Below, piece by piece: positions 40,831 through 53,800 of a DNA stretch of 64,000 nt. The position numbers were made by a program, and so were the translations under genes. A model generated the notes under the pieces. The model did no database searches, had not been told where the DNA came from, and saw only the letters and a list, made by a program, of their open reading frames with translations. The stretch's first letter is position 1. The number at the start of each line of letters is the position of its first letter. Source of the stretch: Haplodiscus bocki (Eukaryota); NCBI GenBank assembly GCA_965655095.1, contig OZ296648.1, forward strand, positions 48,670,001 to 48,734,000, written 5' to 3'.

Positions 40831-41089
40831 TATAGTTTCGTGACCTTGTAGGTGCAACAAAATTAACCAAAACTCGCAAAAAAAAGCTTTGCAGTGTCAT
40901 CACAAGAAGTCATTGTCTTTCTCGGTCATGTTGACTAGTTTTACCAAAGACTAATTCTGACCCGCAAACTTGCATCGCCACTAAGGATTATGGTTGCAGA
41001 ATCATATCCTCCATTAACTTGAAAAAAAAAACTGTTTTAGCTTGTTTGGAAAATTGTATAAATAGCCCAAAAGACAAAAATTGTTTTAG

Positions 41090-42190
41090 TGGTTAAGTGA
41101 ACGTCAAATTTCACCGTCCAAATTAACTGTTTTAGTAGCCTTGGTCTAAGTTGAATGAGATAATACTCAGACAACATATCTTTTCGTACTGTTTTGTTCC
41201 CAGATTTTTTTTCTGTTTTCTTTAATTGGTTTCGTGCAGAACAAAATCAACCAATATGGGTTCCGGGCATCGTTTAGTAGAAACCAATCAATTGCATTTT
41301 AGACTGAATCGGTCTCGTCTAAAATTGTACTAATCATATACGTCTTACTTAAAAAATTTTGGCCCTGTGTAATCACAATATGGGTTAAAACCTAGTAGTG
41401 TATTGATGAAAGGTTTTTTCCTAAAGAGTACGTGCTTCACTGTCCTTCAGGAAAGTGTGATTCTTTCGTGGTCTATTCAATCTCGGGGAAAAAAGCTTAT
41501 TGACAAATGTACCATGAAAGACTCTAGCACCAAAAACACTGGCAGGTAGCTCTTAGCTGAAAAAATAACAGTTGTATATAATTAAAAAATCTTTGTACTA
41601 GTGCGTTCTGCTAGGGTTGACTTCTGTCCCGAGGTAACCTTCAAACTCTTGAAATACAAAATTTGTATTACACCTTAAAAATGTAAGCTCAGTCAATTTC
41701 TGTGTTGATTTGGACATTGTGTTCTATTTTTTGATATGTGATTCTTTTTTTAGTTTTCATACTCTTCTTAGCTAGTTACTTCAACAATAAAACATCCTAC
41801 AATTTTATCTTCCGAATTTCTGATGAAATTTCGGAATCCTCTCCATCTTCTTTTCTTGTTTCAAACCCCTGCATGAGAACTGTTTTTGGATACCTTCTTC
41901 TGTTTAAATTATCCCATAAAGGGCGTGTAGAAAGCTCAAGTTCAATGTTTTATCTAGTTAAGATAAACAATTTTACATACTTCCAAACCTGTATCTCCTA
42001 TCATCCGTTTAGAGAAGCCTCAAATAAACCTTGTTGTTTAACAGCTTGAAAATAGGAGAAGGTCTTCATTGACTTGGAAAGCCTAAAATCTAATGTCTTT
42101 TGTGGCTCTGTCTGAGTGTGTTCCATGAGCGTTGCACAATTTTTAATGAAAAAACAACAGTTCCTCTTTTTTTTGTGTCCAAATAGATGC
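41090..42190 (-). pseudogene. Minor capsid (penton-like) protein, paralog 1
   Basis: N-terminus KNCATLMEHTQTEPQKTLDFRLSKSMKTF. The decayed C-terminus is colinear with paralog 2. Confidence 0.55.
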
Positions 42191-42219
42191 TCACCTAGAT
42201 GCAATATTTGAAATTTTTT

Positions 42220-43290
42220 TTATAACTGAACGACGAGTAGATGTTGCCATTTCATTGGTTAAAAAGACAGATTTTGAAGTCATTGCCCCCAAAGGAGACT
42301 GTGAATTTAGCCAGTACAGACTTGTTTATTCCTTCGAAATGTTTTTTTTCTATATTCTTTGTTTGCCTTAGTTCCCGAGGTTTATCCAGAGCAAAACCAT
42401 TTAGAAAGTGTTACCATTCGCCATTTATTAAGGACCCATCTTTAAAATCACATTTTCAGTGCTATTCAAAAGTTCCCTCAACAAGGATTGGGTTCTCACA
42501 TCAGTCGTTTCCGGAGAAACCTGAACAATGTGAACCTCCTCAAAAAGTTTTTGGGATGAAGAACGTTTACATTACTTTGGGGATCAACCTACTCAATCTA
42601 CTCAGAAATAAACATAAGATCTGTTCTCATTCCGATGTCGTCAACCGTAACTTTAATTTTTACCTCTGGGGGAGTAATTTGTGAAGAGGGAAGGTAATAT
42701 CATTTAATTCAATAGTTCTAGGTGGTAGTGTGAAAACAGTGGTCTCTGGGTCAACACAGGTTTTTGTAAAACACATATATAACGTAATCTTACGTCAAAA
42801 TTTTTCTATAAACCATATTTTTGATATTGATTTTTTCAGTCTTTTTCAATTCTTCAACTACATTTAGTTTACAACTGTTGCCTTTCAATACTCTAAAAGT
42901 TGTTCTTTCTGCACTGTCGTTGCTTTCTTTCCATTTCTTTAATTTTCCTTCACATGCAATTCAAAGTCATGTTGGAGCCTCAGCTCTAATGATTCCCTCA
43001 GTTTCTCATTATTTTCCTTTGCCGTTTTTTTCTCAAAGAAATGCTGTAAAAATTGGAAAAGTTACCGTTCTCATAACTTATATCTGAAAAAACTTTTCTT
43101 GTTTCTAAATCTGTATTTGCAAACATTTTTTGACTCACCTTGTCTAGGTTTATGGGGGGAGCGAGTGAGAAACTCCTCACCATTTGTCAAACTAGTTCTT
43201 GAATGCTTCCTGTGATTTTGACCTGATGTAGTTATTGAGTAAATCTGTAGTTTTTTCGGACCAAAAATAGCAAAATTCTTCTATGTTTGT
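42220..43290 (-). pseudogene. Minor capsid (penton-like) protein, paralog 2
   Basis: C-terminus H*KCDFKDGSLING...FALDKP...INKSVLAKFTVSF, the xxCDxxxxSxxNG..I/F motif of Polinton pentons. N-terminus KSQEAF...SFSLAPPINL parallels paralog 1. Confidence 0.6.
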
Positions 43291-43479
43291 GCCATTCATG
43301 CTATACCGTTAAATCCTTCATCGATGCTTTTTTTGGTAAAAGGCCCTTAGGGTCAAAAAAACTGATTTGGCAATAGCCTTGAGTTTAGTAGAATAGGTAG
43401 TATACTATGCATGTTTTTCATTTTCGATCAATGTTTTTTACGTAGAGTCGCCTACCTCAAATAAGATTAGTAAATGTTT

Positions 43480-43940
43480 TGGCGTGTAAAAACCAAAAGC
43501 TGCTTTAATTTCAATGTTCCATTTCTTTTTTTGGGTAAATTACAAATACGCACGAAGTGGCACTTTAGGAAACGTGGGGTCTATCAGAAGAGGGGTCGTC
43601 CTTCGGGGGTCCTCCAAAAGAACGCACATGACTTTTGTACTTGAAAAAGAAACCATAACATTTTCCTATTAACATTATAGGTAGAAAAAAACAACAGGAG
43701 GGTATCTGTTAGAATCAAACCAAAAAAAGGTATGTAGGCAAGGCATTGTGTTCCTTTAGTTTGGTGTACTTTTGTTGTTACAGTGCATATTGTAATATTG
43801 TAAGTGGTCCATCTCTTAGATTTACGTTTTAGGTGTCCTTGGGACTCCTCAAGGGTTAAGAAGAAAGCGTTTCTTTCTTTCTGATGTTATATCTTGTTTT
43901 AATTTTCTATTAGTTTTTAAGTCTAAAGTCTTCGAAAGTA
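43480..43940 (-). pseudogene. Adenain-like cysteine maturation protease remnant
   Basis: LRDGP...VHQTKGTQCLAY...WFDSNRYPP...SATSCVFVIY, a decayed GxHW..FDSxGxxP..CxxYC. Catalytic His and Cys are mutated. Confidence 0.65.
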
Positions 43941-43998
43941 GTCAATTACATTTCTTCAAAACCTTGTTGTATTTAGGGATATAAAGATTCAGAGGACT

Positions 43999-44198
43999 NN
44001 NNNNNNNNNNNNNNNNNNNNNNNNNNNNNNNNNNNNNNNNNNNNNNNNNNNNNNNNNNNNNNNNNNNNNNNNNNNNNNNNNNNNNNNNNNNNNNNNNNNN
44101 NNNNNNNNNNNNNNNNNNNNNNNNNNNNNNNNNNNNNNNNNNNNNNNNNNNNNNNNNNNNNNNNNNNNNNNNNNNNNNNNNNNNNNNNNNNNNNNNNN
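43999..44198. other. Assembly gap (200 N)
   Basis: Run of N. Confidence 1.
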
Positions 44199-45000
44199 AC
44201 TTCATTACATTGCCTTGATGCCCTGATCGTGACTGTTCATTCAAAAATTCGTACGTTGTTTTGTCGAGAAGATTGATTTTATGATGATGGTCTGTTAGAC
44301 GTAATCTACTTGAATGAAGTCGTCGACAAATAAGTCATTCATTAGTTTCACTTGCTCTTGGCTTTCTGTTCATTTGTTTTGACTGACGCGTTTAATGTGC
44401 ATTTGTAATGTTCTGGTGACTCGGGGAAATGTCTCTTTACGTCCTTATACTGATTCCTCAATTGGCTGCACCTCAAATGTACCCTTGCGACCCAACTCAT
44501 TCAACACTACCTCAACGAATATTGTTGATTTATTTCTGACTGCTGTTTTTTGCACCGGCAAAGACTCTTACAATGTTTTTGGGTTACAAACACGATGGTT
44601 TCGTTATCTAGACCGTTCGTAGTTCCTTCAGGAAGATGATTAACTTGAAGTTTTTTGCAATATCTTGTAGTGGGCATGCCACGTTCGAAAAAATGACTAC
44701 TGTCGTATATTTTGACTGCTAACTCCATCTTTTTGAGCTTTATTCCTTTACTTTGTAGCTGCTGAGAGCAAACGGGTATTCGCACCTGGAAGGTCATTAA
44801 AATCTTCCTGGGGTCACCTAAAAATTTTGCAAAACGAAAACACTTAGAGAAATCACTCTCACTTAATCAGAACAAACAAAACGACTTTACTTTTTAAAAA
44901 ACACCGAGCCATAAAGGGTTAGAATATCTTTGAACCCAGTCTATAAACTGCCCACAAAGTTCGCGTCATTCAAATTTCCGGTCAGTGCTCCAAATTAATT
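44199..45000 (-). mobile_element. 5' end of an LTR retrotransposon (LTR, PBS-like site, gag start)
   Basis: Minus-strand AGGTGACCCC at ~44810-44819 (one mismatch to the TGGTGACCCC gypsy PBS), immediately followed by ORF 44507..44797. Confidence 0.4.
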
Positions 45001-47679
45001 AAACTTCCTTCAATATCACTATCTCTTGGCCAGCGGAGACTCCAAGCAATCACACAAAGCCTAGTTGAATTTTTTCTGACCTGCTCTTCTTCAACCACTA
45101 AGTATAGAATGAGGAGTTTGTTTTGGCTGATATTATTGACCTTCAATTGAGAATTGCTCAAATCCTCATTGCTGCCAAGTCGAGCAGTGGAAATGAGGTC
45201 GCAGGACCAGCAATGTCTTTTTTTGTTGCTGTTGTTACCACAAGCTCAAGCATACATTGAAATTCAATGATTAAATTTGACGAAAATAGAGAAGCACTAT
45301 CGGAAGTAGTTAGTTTAATGATTACCTAGCAGTTTATCGCTTCCTTTCCTGATTTTAACAAACACTGGACCTTTCCTTTTTTGGTTAGTTCCTAGTTTTA
45401 CAACCTAGATTTAATTTGTGTGTCAAATTTTTCGTCGGTCATACGAAAATTTTGCATGGAGTTTTTGCATTTGATATGCTCAAGAGGTCAAGAAAAATAT
45501 AAGAAAGTTGAGGGAAAAAGTTGAATGTTCTGTTTGGAACATCAACATTCCTAATCACCCAATCAACACTTGAGTTAGTGAGTGTTAGTAATTTGCCAGC
45601 TCCCAGGATCATCCACTTGGTATTTCGGGTATAAACATTCCCACATTGACCTGTCCTGCAGAGACCAATTTGATACTTTCTTGATTGTCATCTGCGAGGC
45701 AGGTCAATTAAAAAAACGTCCGAGCAATATCAATAAGTTTAATGGTTTGTTCCAAAACCTTGTTTAAAAAAAATTGCTGATACTGGTAAAAATGACCTTG
45801 GGATGGCAGCTGGAAGGACAAACAAACCCTTTTAAAAGTTTGAACAACTGGGTTACCAAACAGAAGCGGACTTAGCGTACACTTTATACATGATAAAGAT
45901 CAAATGTGGTAAAAACGTCTTCAAGTCTCGGGATTTTTTTCAAATGGACAACATATGCCTGCCGTAAGAAACTATGTCATACAGGAAAGAACGACGCAAA
46001 CGGATACCGAGCAAGTTTGACGTCGGCTGCCAAAACTTCAAAAAAAGAGCCATTTGTAAGCAAAGCCGGAAGAAACAGGTATCAGTTCCCATTTCATTTA
46101 AATATACCGCCACATCACCAAACGAAACTCATGCAGGTTGATGACCATTTGCTGCTGGCTTTTTTTGTTCGACAAACTTGCTGATTATCCAACAACAACC
46201 ACATGGAACCCATCCTATCTTATACGGAGTTAATCCCATTGGGGCAAGTTTTGGAAGCCGGACGCCAAAACTTTAGAAGCTTGATATTTAGGAGCTAATG
46301 CGCCAGCTCGCTGTTGTCCAGCGATTTCCAAAACGCTTCGAAAACGGTCAGTTTTGGGACAAGCATCAAGTTCGTCTACTCGGATCGCTGCACTTCCTAC
46401 CCGTAAAGTGACATTAGACCCTCCAGAGAACACTACTGTGTGGCGACGCGCCATTCTTTTTATAGAGCAACTCCGACTGCTTCACGAAATGGTACCTTTG
46501 CGAGAAACTGTCCACTAATGGTAGTCCGACAGAATGTTGGATACGATGGAAGCAGGCCAAAAAAAAGATTGTTTAGACAAGCTGGTGGTTAACACTCGGA
46601 ATATTCAAACTGTTTGTAGCAAAAATTCAATTGAGATCGAATCAAAAACTAGGACGGAAATGAGGTTGGAGAAAAAGAATCTTGGTTGAGAATCAGGATG
46701 GTTAGTTTCATCAACAGAACAACTGTGTGAGTATGAAAACGTTCTTATTTACATGTTACTTGACAGGCTCGTGCCTTAATTCTGAACAAACGGTTTTTTG
46801 GGTGTGATATTGTCGACAGACTCTTTTATCTTTTGTTGATAGCTTTGGGTAATGGAACTACGAGAACTCAAACTCCTGTTGTTTGAGAGTTTTGCAGACA
46901 GCAATGCCTTGATGGTTTTGATTCGTTTCTGGATTATATTGCAGTGCAGCTCGAGTCCACAATCAAGGGATGGAAAACTTCCTTCGGACTACGGGTTCAA
47001 GCAGCGGTTCATTACCGTTAGCACGGACTGCGTTCATGCGAATGCGTTCAACACTGTATCAAGATGAAGCACTGGTCATCAACTCTGGAAATGTTGGACA
47101 ATTACGTTGTTTCGACAACATGTACGTTTCGAATTGTACTCAGCATCACATCCATACAAATTTTCTTAGTCCCAAATTATAATAAAAACATGAAAAAGCC
47201 AACGGTTCCCACTAAATGCCTACAAAGAAACCAAAACCCATGCTACACCCACGCATATGACCTGTAATATAGATAAACCTTGTAAATCTTCGCAATAATC
47301 CATAGCCAAAGGTGCATTATTTCTCATAGTGAATCAGGGCACATCATTCGACAGTGCCCAGATTATGTTTGACTCTCTTAAGTGGAGACGCGATACCATA
47401 GTAGTACTCGTGGCCTATTTCAGAAGCGCCTCTACTGATTGTAGGCATGGCTTCGTTAGAAATTTAGTGGTACTCTTGGAGAAGCGCATGCGGTTTTGAA
47501 AGGGACTCGTCAAATATTTACGCTCTGTGCTCTAGGTAGTACCCAATTTGTTCATGCAGAGTTGATGATTCTTGGTTGGAAGTATACTGCCTTGGGGGAT
47601 CGGATTTCCTGGTTGAAGTTATTCAATTCCGAGGAACGGATCTGCAAGATAAAATTTCAGATCTCGCAATGCTCTGGGT

Positions 47680-50600
47680 ACGGCACTCCCACTCGTGCTG
47701 CCGCCTACCCGTGGTGAGAGTTGTTAAGGGCTAACCTGCCTGCTCCCCAAGTGGGAAAACTCGACTAGCGGCAGAGGAGGCACCCTATGAAGATAATTCC
47801 TGCAATGGATGAGTCTTTCTTGTGTTTGTGATCCACTGAGATGAGAGTATTCTCACCTTAATCGACCCAGAGTAAAGTTGTTTCTACCAAATCAGCTAGC
47901 AAATTTTGTAGTGCAAAACGGGTGGGCAAGGCAAAGCCTTGTGATTTTCAGGTGGTCATCTTAAGGAGGTAATTGGCCCTTCACGATCAGATAAGAGCTT
48001 CGAGAAGCTTTCAGCCTCTGAGGGGTTTGGGAAGTACACGAGCCAGTTTCACTCGAGCGCTCGACACGTGGGTGGTAGGTGACTCTGGCAATCGAGATTC
48101 TCCGAAGATGGAGAACGAATGCCATGAGATCACTAGAGAAATTGATGACACCTTACTGTCTGAATGGAATCCAATCTTTGAGACAACGCTTGATCTCAAT
48201 GATAGAAAAGGGTTGACTTAGTTCGATGAAAACGAGACAACAAAACTCGTCGAGAGGCCAGTTATGGAATCCGTGGGGGATCCCGGGGCCAGATCTGGTG
48301 TCAGGGGTTCGTCAACGACAAGTCGGAAAATTTTGAGAAGGAAATTTTATTGTATTTTGCAAGAGATCTAAAAGTAGGATCAAAGAAGGACTTTAGAGGT
48401 AGTTTTTTCGAACGTGGGCGAAAGAGTCTGTTGATAAAGGAACCTCCGATGACTCGGACACGATGATGAGTGCTTGGACAATGATTTTTGTGCTTGAAGG
48501 CATAGCTGAAGAAATTTCCGCTGCTGTCATTTTCGGCTGCCGTTGAACAACTCCCTGTTGAGGATAGTCCTCACATGTCATCTTCAGGTGTCGTTGAAAG
48601 AACACTCCGTTTAGGTGAACGACATCTTCAGATGCTGTCCGAGTCTCTTGTTGTTCGATTAAAGGCTGGTAAATAAAACTAGAGCAAGTTAATAAGTCCC
48701 GGAATGCTTCCGGTGTCAATAGAGTTAAGTTTCAGGAAATCAAGCAATTGAGCAAGGAAATATTATGTCCGCAATATCTCTTCTGATTGGATAAGAGTGT
48801 TTGCCAAATGAGATGAATAAGGGCTGTGCACTTTTCTTCCCGAAAATTGACGATGCAACCAATCTTCAGCATCGGCTCACTAGTATCTGTCAGCATGGTA
48901 ATCGGTTTTTCCAGAAGATAGTAGTTGCGAGGCTGGTCAAGGCGGTAGTTTTTTGTCCTTGCCAAAAGGCGATCAGGAAGGGTGATGGGTTAGGAGCAAA
49001 CCTAATCGTCGTCAGAGACTTTGTTGACCACGCACAAGAGTTGACAAAATTGTTGGCAATCTGCTTTTTAGATCTGCAGAAAGCGCTCGATTCTGTGGCT
49101 CATCACTTGATGATAAGAGCAATGAGATTCAAAAGCATGCCTTCCGAACTTTTGTCATATGTGAAAAATTTGATTTAGGGAGTAATCACACGGGTAGAAT
49201 ATGGGTGAAAGAAAAGTGAATTGTTCCGTCCTACGAGGGGAGCAAGGCAAGGCAACTCTTTCTCTCCGATTCTGTTCATTATTAGGCTTTATTTGTGTTT
49301 TGCTCAAGGGACAAGGTCACATTTCAGACTGGGGACAGAACCATGAATCATCTAGCCTACGCTGATGATACGGTTCTGATCGCTTAGACGGTAACAGGCT
49401 CATAACATCTGCTTGATGAGATCGTGGAGGTCGCTTCTAGTTGTGGCCTTGATATGAATGAGAAGTTTGCTGCGTTGTCATTGAAACATACACCTGGAGA
49501 TGGGACGTTATCCTATGCAGCAGAGGCCTTTTTAGCGACTTCAGGATGGTCAATGCCATTTCTTGATCAAAATAATTCTAACAATTTGGGTATAACTATC
49601 AACGTTTCCAGACAATTGCCTAAGTTATCTGAGGAACTCCAAGGTGGTCTTGATGCTTAAACTGACGCTCCCTTGGAGCCACAACAAACGGTTTTCTTTT
49701 TGATGTACTTCTCGGTGCCGTTGAGTTTGCATCAATTGATCTTCTCGGGTGGCAAGACTGTAAGGTTAAAGGTACTCGACGTAATGATGAAAGGAGCTGT
49801 CAGGTCATTGACTAAATTACCAAGTGACACACCCACATCCATAGTCATTTAAAATACGACAGTGGCCTTAAAAATCCCTCTTTGGACTCGCTGTCTCAAT
49901 CATGTTGCCTGAGAGATTGGACAAATTTTTTAACTCACACTCACTGCGTTCCTATCTTACTCTTGTGGCTCTTCAGAGGGTGGAAGCAACTCGTTCTCGA
50001 CTTGTCATATTTGAGACTCCCGTGATCGGGCAGGTGTTCTTCTCAGGAGTCGTGACGATGTCCAAAAGTCCTTGAAGTGTTCTTGTTATTAATCAACTGA
50101 TGACTGTGGGCTAATTGGACCGTGGAACATGATGGTGTTAAGCCTCATGCTTTCCTTATGAACGGTACGAGACTTCATTCAGGCTGTATGTTTGTAACAT
50201 TCTACTGCTGAATGGTAATTTGCTGGGCACTAAAGTTGGGTCAGTGAGATTCCACAGTTTCAACAAGCCTGTTGTGGTTGTTACAAAAAACGTGTAACAT
50301 GAAAGAGCCTCAACTTCCACCTCTTGAAGGAATTACGAAACCAGATCCCGTTTTTAGATCATCCGGTAAGGTGAACATAATTGAGGCTTAAGTAGTTTCT
50401 TGCAATGTTCCTTTGAACAAAGTTCATCGAACAAGGTTGTCTGCTACGAGAAACCCGCTATCAGAAACTGGTTGTAAGAGTTGAGCCCTGAGAAAGAGAC
50501 CTTGTTGTGCTCAGTAAATCTTAATTGGCGAGGTGGGATTGGTGAGTCCTCTCTTAGGTTTCTATCAGACAAGAGAAAATTTTTGAAGACAGGATTTGAA

Positions 50601-50750
50601 TTGCTTGTTTTCAGGGTACTGAAGTGTGGGGTGGGGAGGGGGGCGTTGTTGCGTGCCTCTCACCACAATGATAAGTCTACGCACTCAATTATTCATCAGG
50701 GCAAATACCAAGCACTGATCACGGCTGTATAGGAAAAGAGACTACAATAT
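47680..50750 (+). mobile_element. R2-superfamily (restriction-like endonuclease) non-LTR retrotransposon, decayed
   Basis: RT motifs FPKIDD, CQKAIRKGDG, FLDLQKALDSVAH, RGARQGNSFSPILF and HLAYADDTVL. R2-typical APLEPQQ..LHQL, LD..KGAVR..KLPSDTP, and C-terminal SVNLNWRG. Confidence 0.85.
47683..47774 (+). ncRNA. Candidate HDV-like self-cleaving ribozyme at the 5' end of the R2-like element
   Basis: P2 CTGCC(47698-47702)/GGCAG(47770-47774); P3-L3-P3 GCC-TACCCGT-GGT; P1 CACTCCC/GAGAGTT (imperfect); P1.1 AC/GT; J4/2 ACTAG. Confidence 0.5.
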
Positions 50751-52049
50751 AGATCTAAGACTGCTTGTTAGCGCAACTGAAATCGCGCTGGCATACCGAA
50801 TTTACAGTATGCTAATACGGGAAAGCTGGTGCCGTAGTGTTTTTCGTTTGATACCAACCTGAGTGTTTTTTTGCTGGTTGCAACCCCCGGATACCCTAAC
50901 TGGATACTGGCCAGAAGGTAATTACAGAAGGTAAAGGCCCCGGCAATTACATATGGCGATTTCATTTCAGCGCTCAAGCTGAAATGTTTGTTAATGTCCA
51001 GGTCATCGAAAGGCCTTATAATAAACTGGGAAATGAGCGGCTAAGGGTTTTCACTGGGATATTTTAAAGATTGAAAACATGAGTTAGAGCACATCTTTCG
51101 ACAGTGCCCAGAGCCTTCTGATTTTTGTCTTTTTCATGGATAATTGCATGAATACAGTAGGACAAGGCAACAAGAATCCTCCATTAAGGAAAAGCACTTT
51201 GAAACACATATTGCAGATGTTTTGGACTCAATGTTTCCTTGTTTCACCAACCAAAATGCTACTGGATCGACCACACTCAAGTATGGTATTGCTTTGGTGG
51301 ATGCTTGAAGACAACTTCATGAAATACGGGGAAGTGCTGATTGGTTTTGTGAACGCCGCAAAGCAGATAAAGCATCTTTTATTTTGTTTGATGTTGTACC
51401 AGAAAACAAACAAAAAAGGTCGTATAAAAGAAACTAACTCCCTCTGAGATTAGAGACGTAGCATTTTTGCCAAAATGAACAACGCTTCGTTGCCGGATTC
51501 GACGGAAATACATTGAGCATCGATGTTTCAGACATTCTCAGTGAAGTTTTTGTGGTTTCAGTTAAATCGTTTCCTGAGTTAGTTGTTACCACGGTTGACT
51601 GCAATAAAAACCCAGTCAGAATGTGCCTTGATACAGAATGAAACCTCGGTCAGCCGACGAAAGGACTGCTTCAATAACTTTCGTTAGCCAAAAGGTATCT
51701 TTTATGTTGAATGTTGTAATTGCTATCGCTGAAAATCCCACAGCTATGGAGATTTTCACTGGCCAGAACTCAGGAAAGTTGAATGGATTTGGGAAAAAAA
51801 GCCCCTTTTTGCAGGAAACAAAAACCAATCTCTACATATGGACCATCAAGTTCACCTAGTTTCATCATTATCGAAGTGGAATACGAACACCGAATACGGT
51901 AGCTAATGACTTTTACAATGAAGGGATCATTCTCGCACAAAATTTCGTCCGTCTTGATAATATTCTCTTTGCCCTACGCTGATGGCAAATGGTCATTTGC
52001 TGTAAGTGTATATATTGAAGAAAACAGTTTCTGGTGACCGTATTGTTTT

Positions 52050-53800
52050 TGTAATGGTTTGGTCTGATGATGATTCCGACCTTTTTTGAGTGACTCTAAC
52101 TACTGCTGACCCTGATGGTGGCTGTGCAAAAATAATGGTCTTAAACGTGTCAAAAAGCACACTGCAGCTTCAATCTGGACAGTGTTTGGGATCCTGTTAT
52201 CTCGTCAAAACTGAACTCATGGATTTTGCTCTTGGCACCAGTACCACTAGAAAAGAGTTTGCAATTAGGAGAATTTGTTAACGTTGAAAATGGTTCTTCT
52301 GCATTTTTCTTGAGTAATACTTCTGAGTTCTCCCCGTTTGCATTCAGAGGAGAAATAAAGCGTCCATTATCGGATGTTGAGAGGCTTAAAGCAGCAATTA
52401 GTCCTCAAAGTTCCAATGAGTCTGAAAAAATGCTGAAAAGAAATTGAACCTAACTGACGGCAGAAAAGTTGAGTTTTGGATAAGATAAACAGCAAAACTT
52501 CAAATTGATTAGGAACCCCCAGAAGTAAATTATGCGGAAGGACCTCCCAGAGTGAAACGCCATAATACTGATAAGACTAACAAAGAAAATTGCACTGCAA
52601 TTGATATGGGACTGATTGAGCATTCTTACTAACATTGAGCTACTGGCAGAGTGACTGCTATGGGGAAACGATTCGTTTTGAGCCTGTCTTTTTTCAAAAC
52701 TTGAATGGGCAAACTGTAAAAGACGTTTTCACCCCATCCTTGAGTAAATGAGTGGTTGTCTATTGTAGGAGAAGTTGAGTATTTCAACTTCTTTTACATA
52801 GCTGGTACTATTTGTGCCAAATATTGTCAGATATAGTGGTAAGCTCAGCGTCACTTTCTTCTGTGAAATTGGTCTTTTTCATTGGAAATGAATGCTTTTC
52901 GTTTTTTGTAACGTCCCTGTGACTTTTTTGGCGGACAATCACAACTTTTTTGAAAGAGACAGTTTAACAGTATGGAAATCTTGTGCTGTGTACATCGCTG
53001 ATGTATTGATAGATATCACTACATCTAGACACCATGTTTATCGACTGAGAGAAGTGTCTAGGTGCCTAGGAATTGCTGGATTGAAATTGAAATTTGATAA
53101 GTGAGAAACAAAAAGTATTTAATTAAGTGTTTCGGCTGAACTTTTGACAAAAATGAGTCCTTCTAAAACAAAATAAGCGGCCGCGTTGCAAGCGTTGGGA
53201 ATTTCACTGAACAAAAAACCACAAAACAATTTTCAAAGCAAAAAATTCAAAATCGGACTTTAAACGTCTATCACTCTGCCAAGACCAATTTTCTGAAATG
53301 TTTGACTTGATCCACCAAACTTTCCAGACGGAACGATTACGACCATTTTTTTTTCGTAGAGTTGATTGCTGATTTTTTTCAAGAGCCTATTATGGCTTCA
53401 ACGCATAAAGGAAGAAACTCTTTTTGAACACACATACTTGCGAAGGGCTATCTACGGAGCTTTTTTCACTGAAATGAACCAGTAAAGACGCGCCGACCCA
53501 TCTACCAATAATATTCCAACTCGCAAGTTCGCTGGGCACAAGCACAGGCTCCTGAGTTCGTAAAGATAACTGGTATTCATTTTGTATTCATTTTGTTCTG
53601 AAGGTCCCCACATCATAGCTACTCGTATGTTGATCTTGAGAGTTGATAATCAAGCGCCTTCTCAGATCTGATGAGAAGACACTGGAGTCATCGGTACTAG
53701 GACATTTGGATAAGAATTGTAAGACTTTGAGATTGTTCTTAGATATAGAATAATCAGACAGCAGAAAATTTGTAGATTAAAAATTTCTTGTTGAGAGATT
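52050..53800 (+). pseudogene. pol: Ty3/gypsy pol fragment (RT-RNase H), second family
   Basis: RMLFVFCNVPVTF (MPFGLCNAPATF), WKSCAVYIADVLI (YLDD), RLREVSRCLGIAGLKLKFDK, LRVDNQA (TDH). Confidence 0.75.

Larger units (their letters stand above)
32100..43998. mobile_element. Polinton/Maverick (endogenous polintovirus) fossil with near-complete gene set, cut by the assembly gap
   Basis: Order: pPolB(-), integrase(+), major capsid(-), conserved unknown(-), ATPase(-), membrane protein(-), two penton-like genes(-), protease(-). All have stops and frameshifts. Confidence 0.85.
45500..51900 (-). mobile_element. Heavily decayed Ty3/gypsy element (gag-PR-RT-RH-IN), split by an R2-like insertion
   Basis: Correct domain order on -: gag with knuckle SGHCRKMCS (~51090-51115), protease-like VIAGA..QLGYPGVATSKKTLR (50770-50970), then beyond the insert AVYFQPR (~47590), RT and RNase H traces, and integrase-like RLEDVFTTFDL..SSCHPK. 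Confidence 0.55.

Noticed and set aside
42241-42684. 147-aa plus-strand ORF
   Set aside because: Antisense to the penton-like pseudogene.
43942-44244. ORFs spanning N runs (also 55081-55353)
   Set aside because: Artefacts of assembly gaps; adjacency across the 200-N gap is also unproven.
44199-51900. Single tandem LTR-internal-LTR array
   Set aside because: The gag start at 44.8 kb does not resemble the gag at 51-51.9 kb and no matching second LTR was found, so they are treated as separate insertions.
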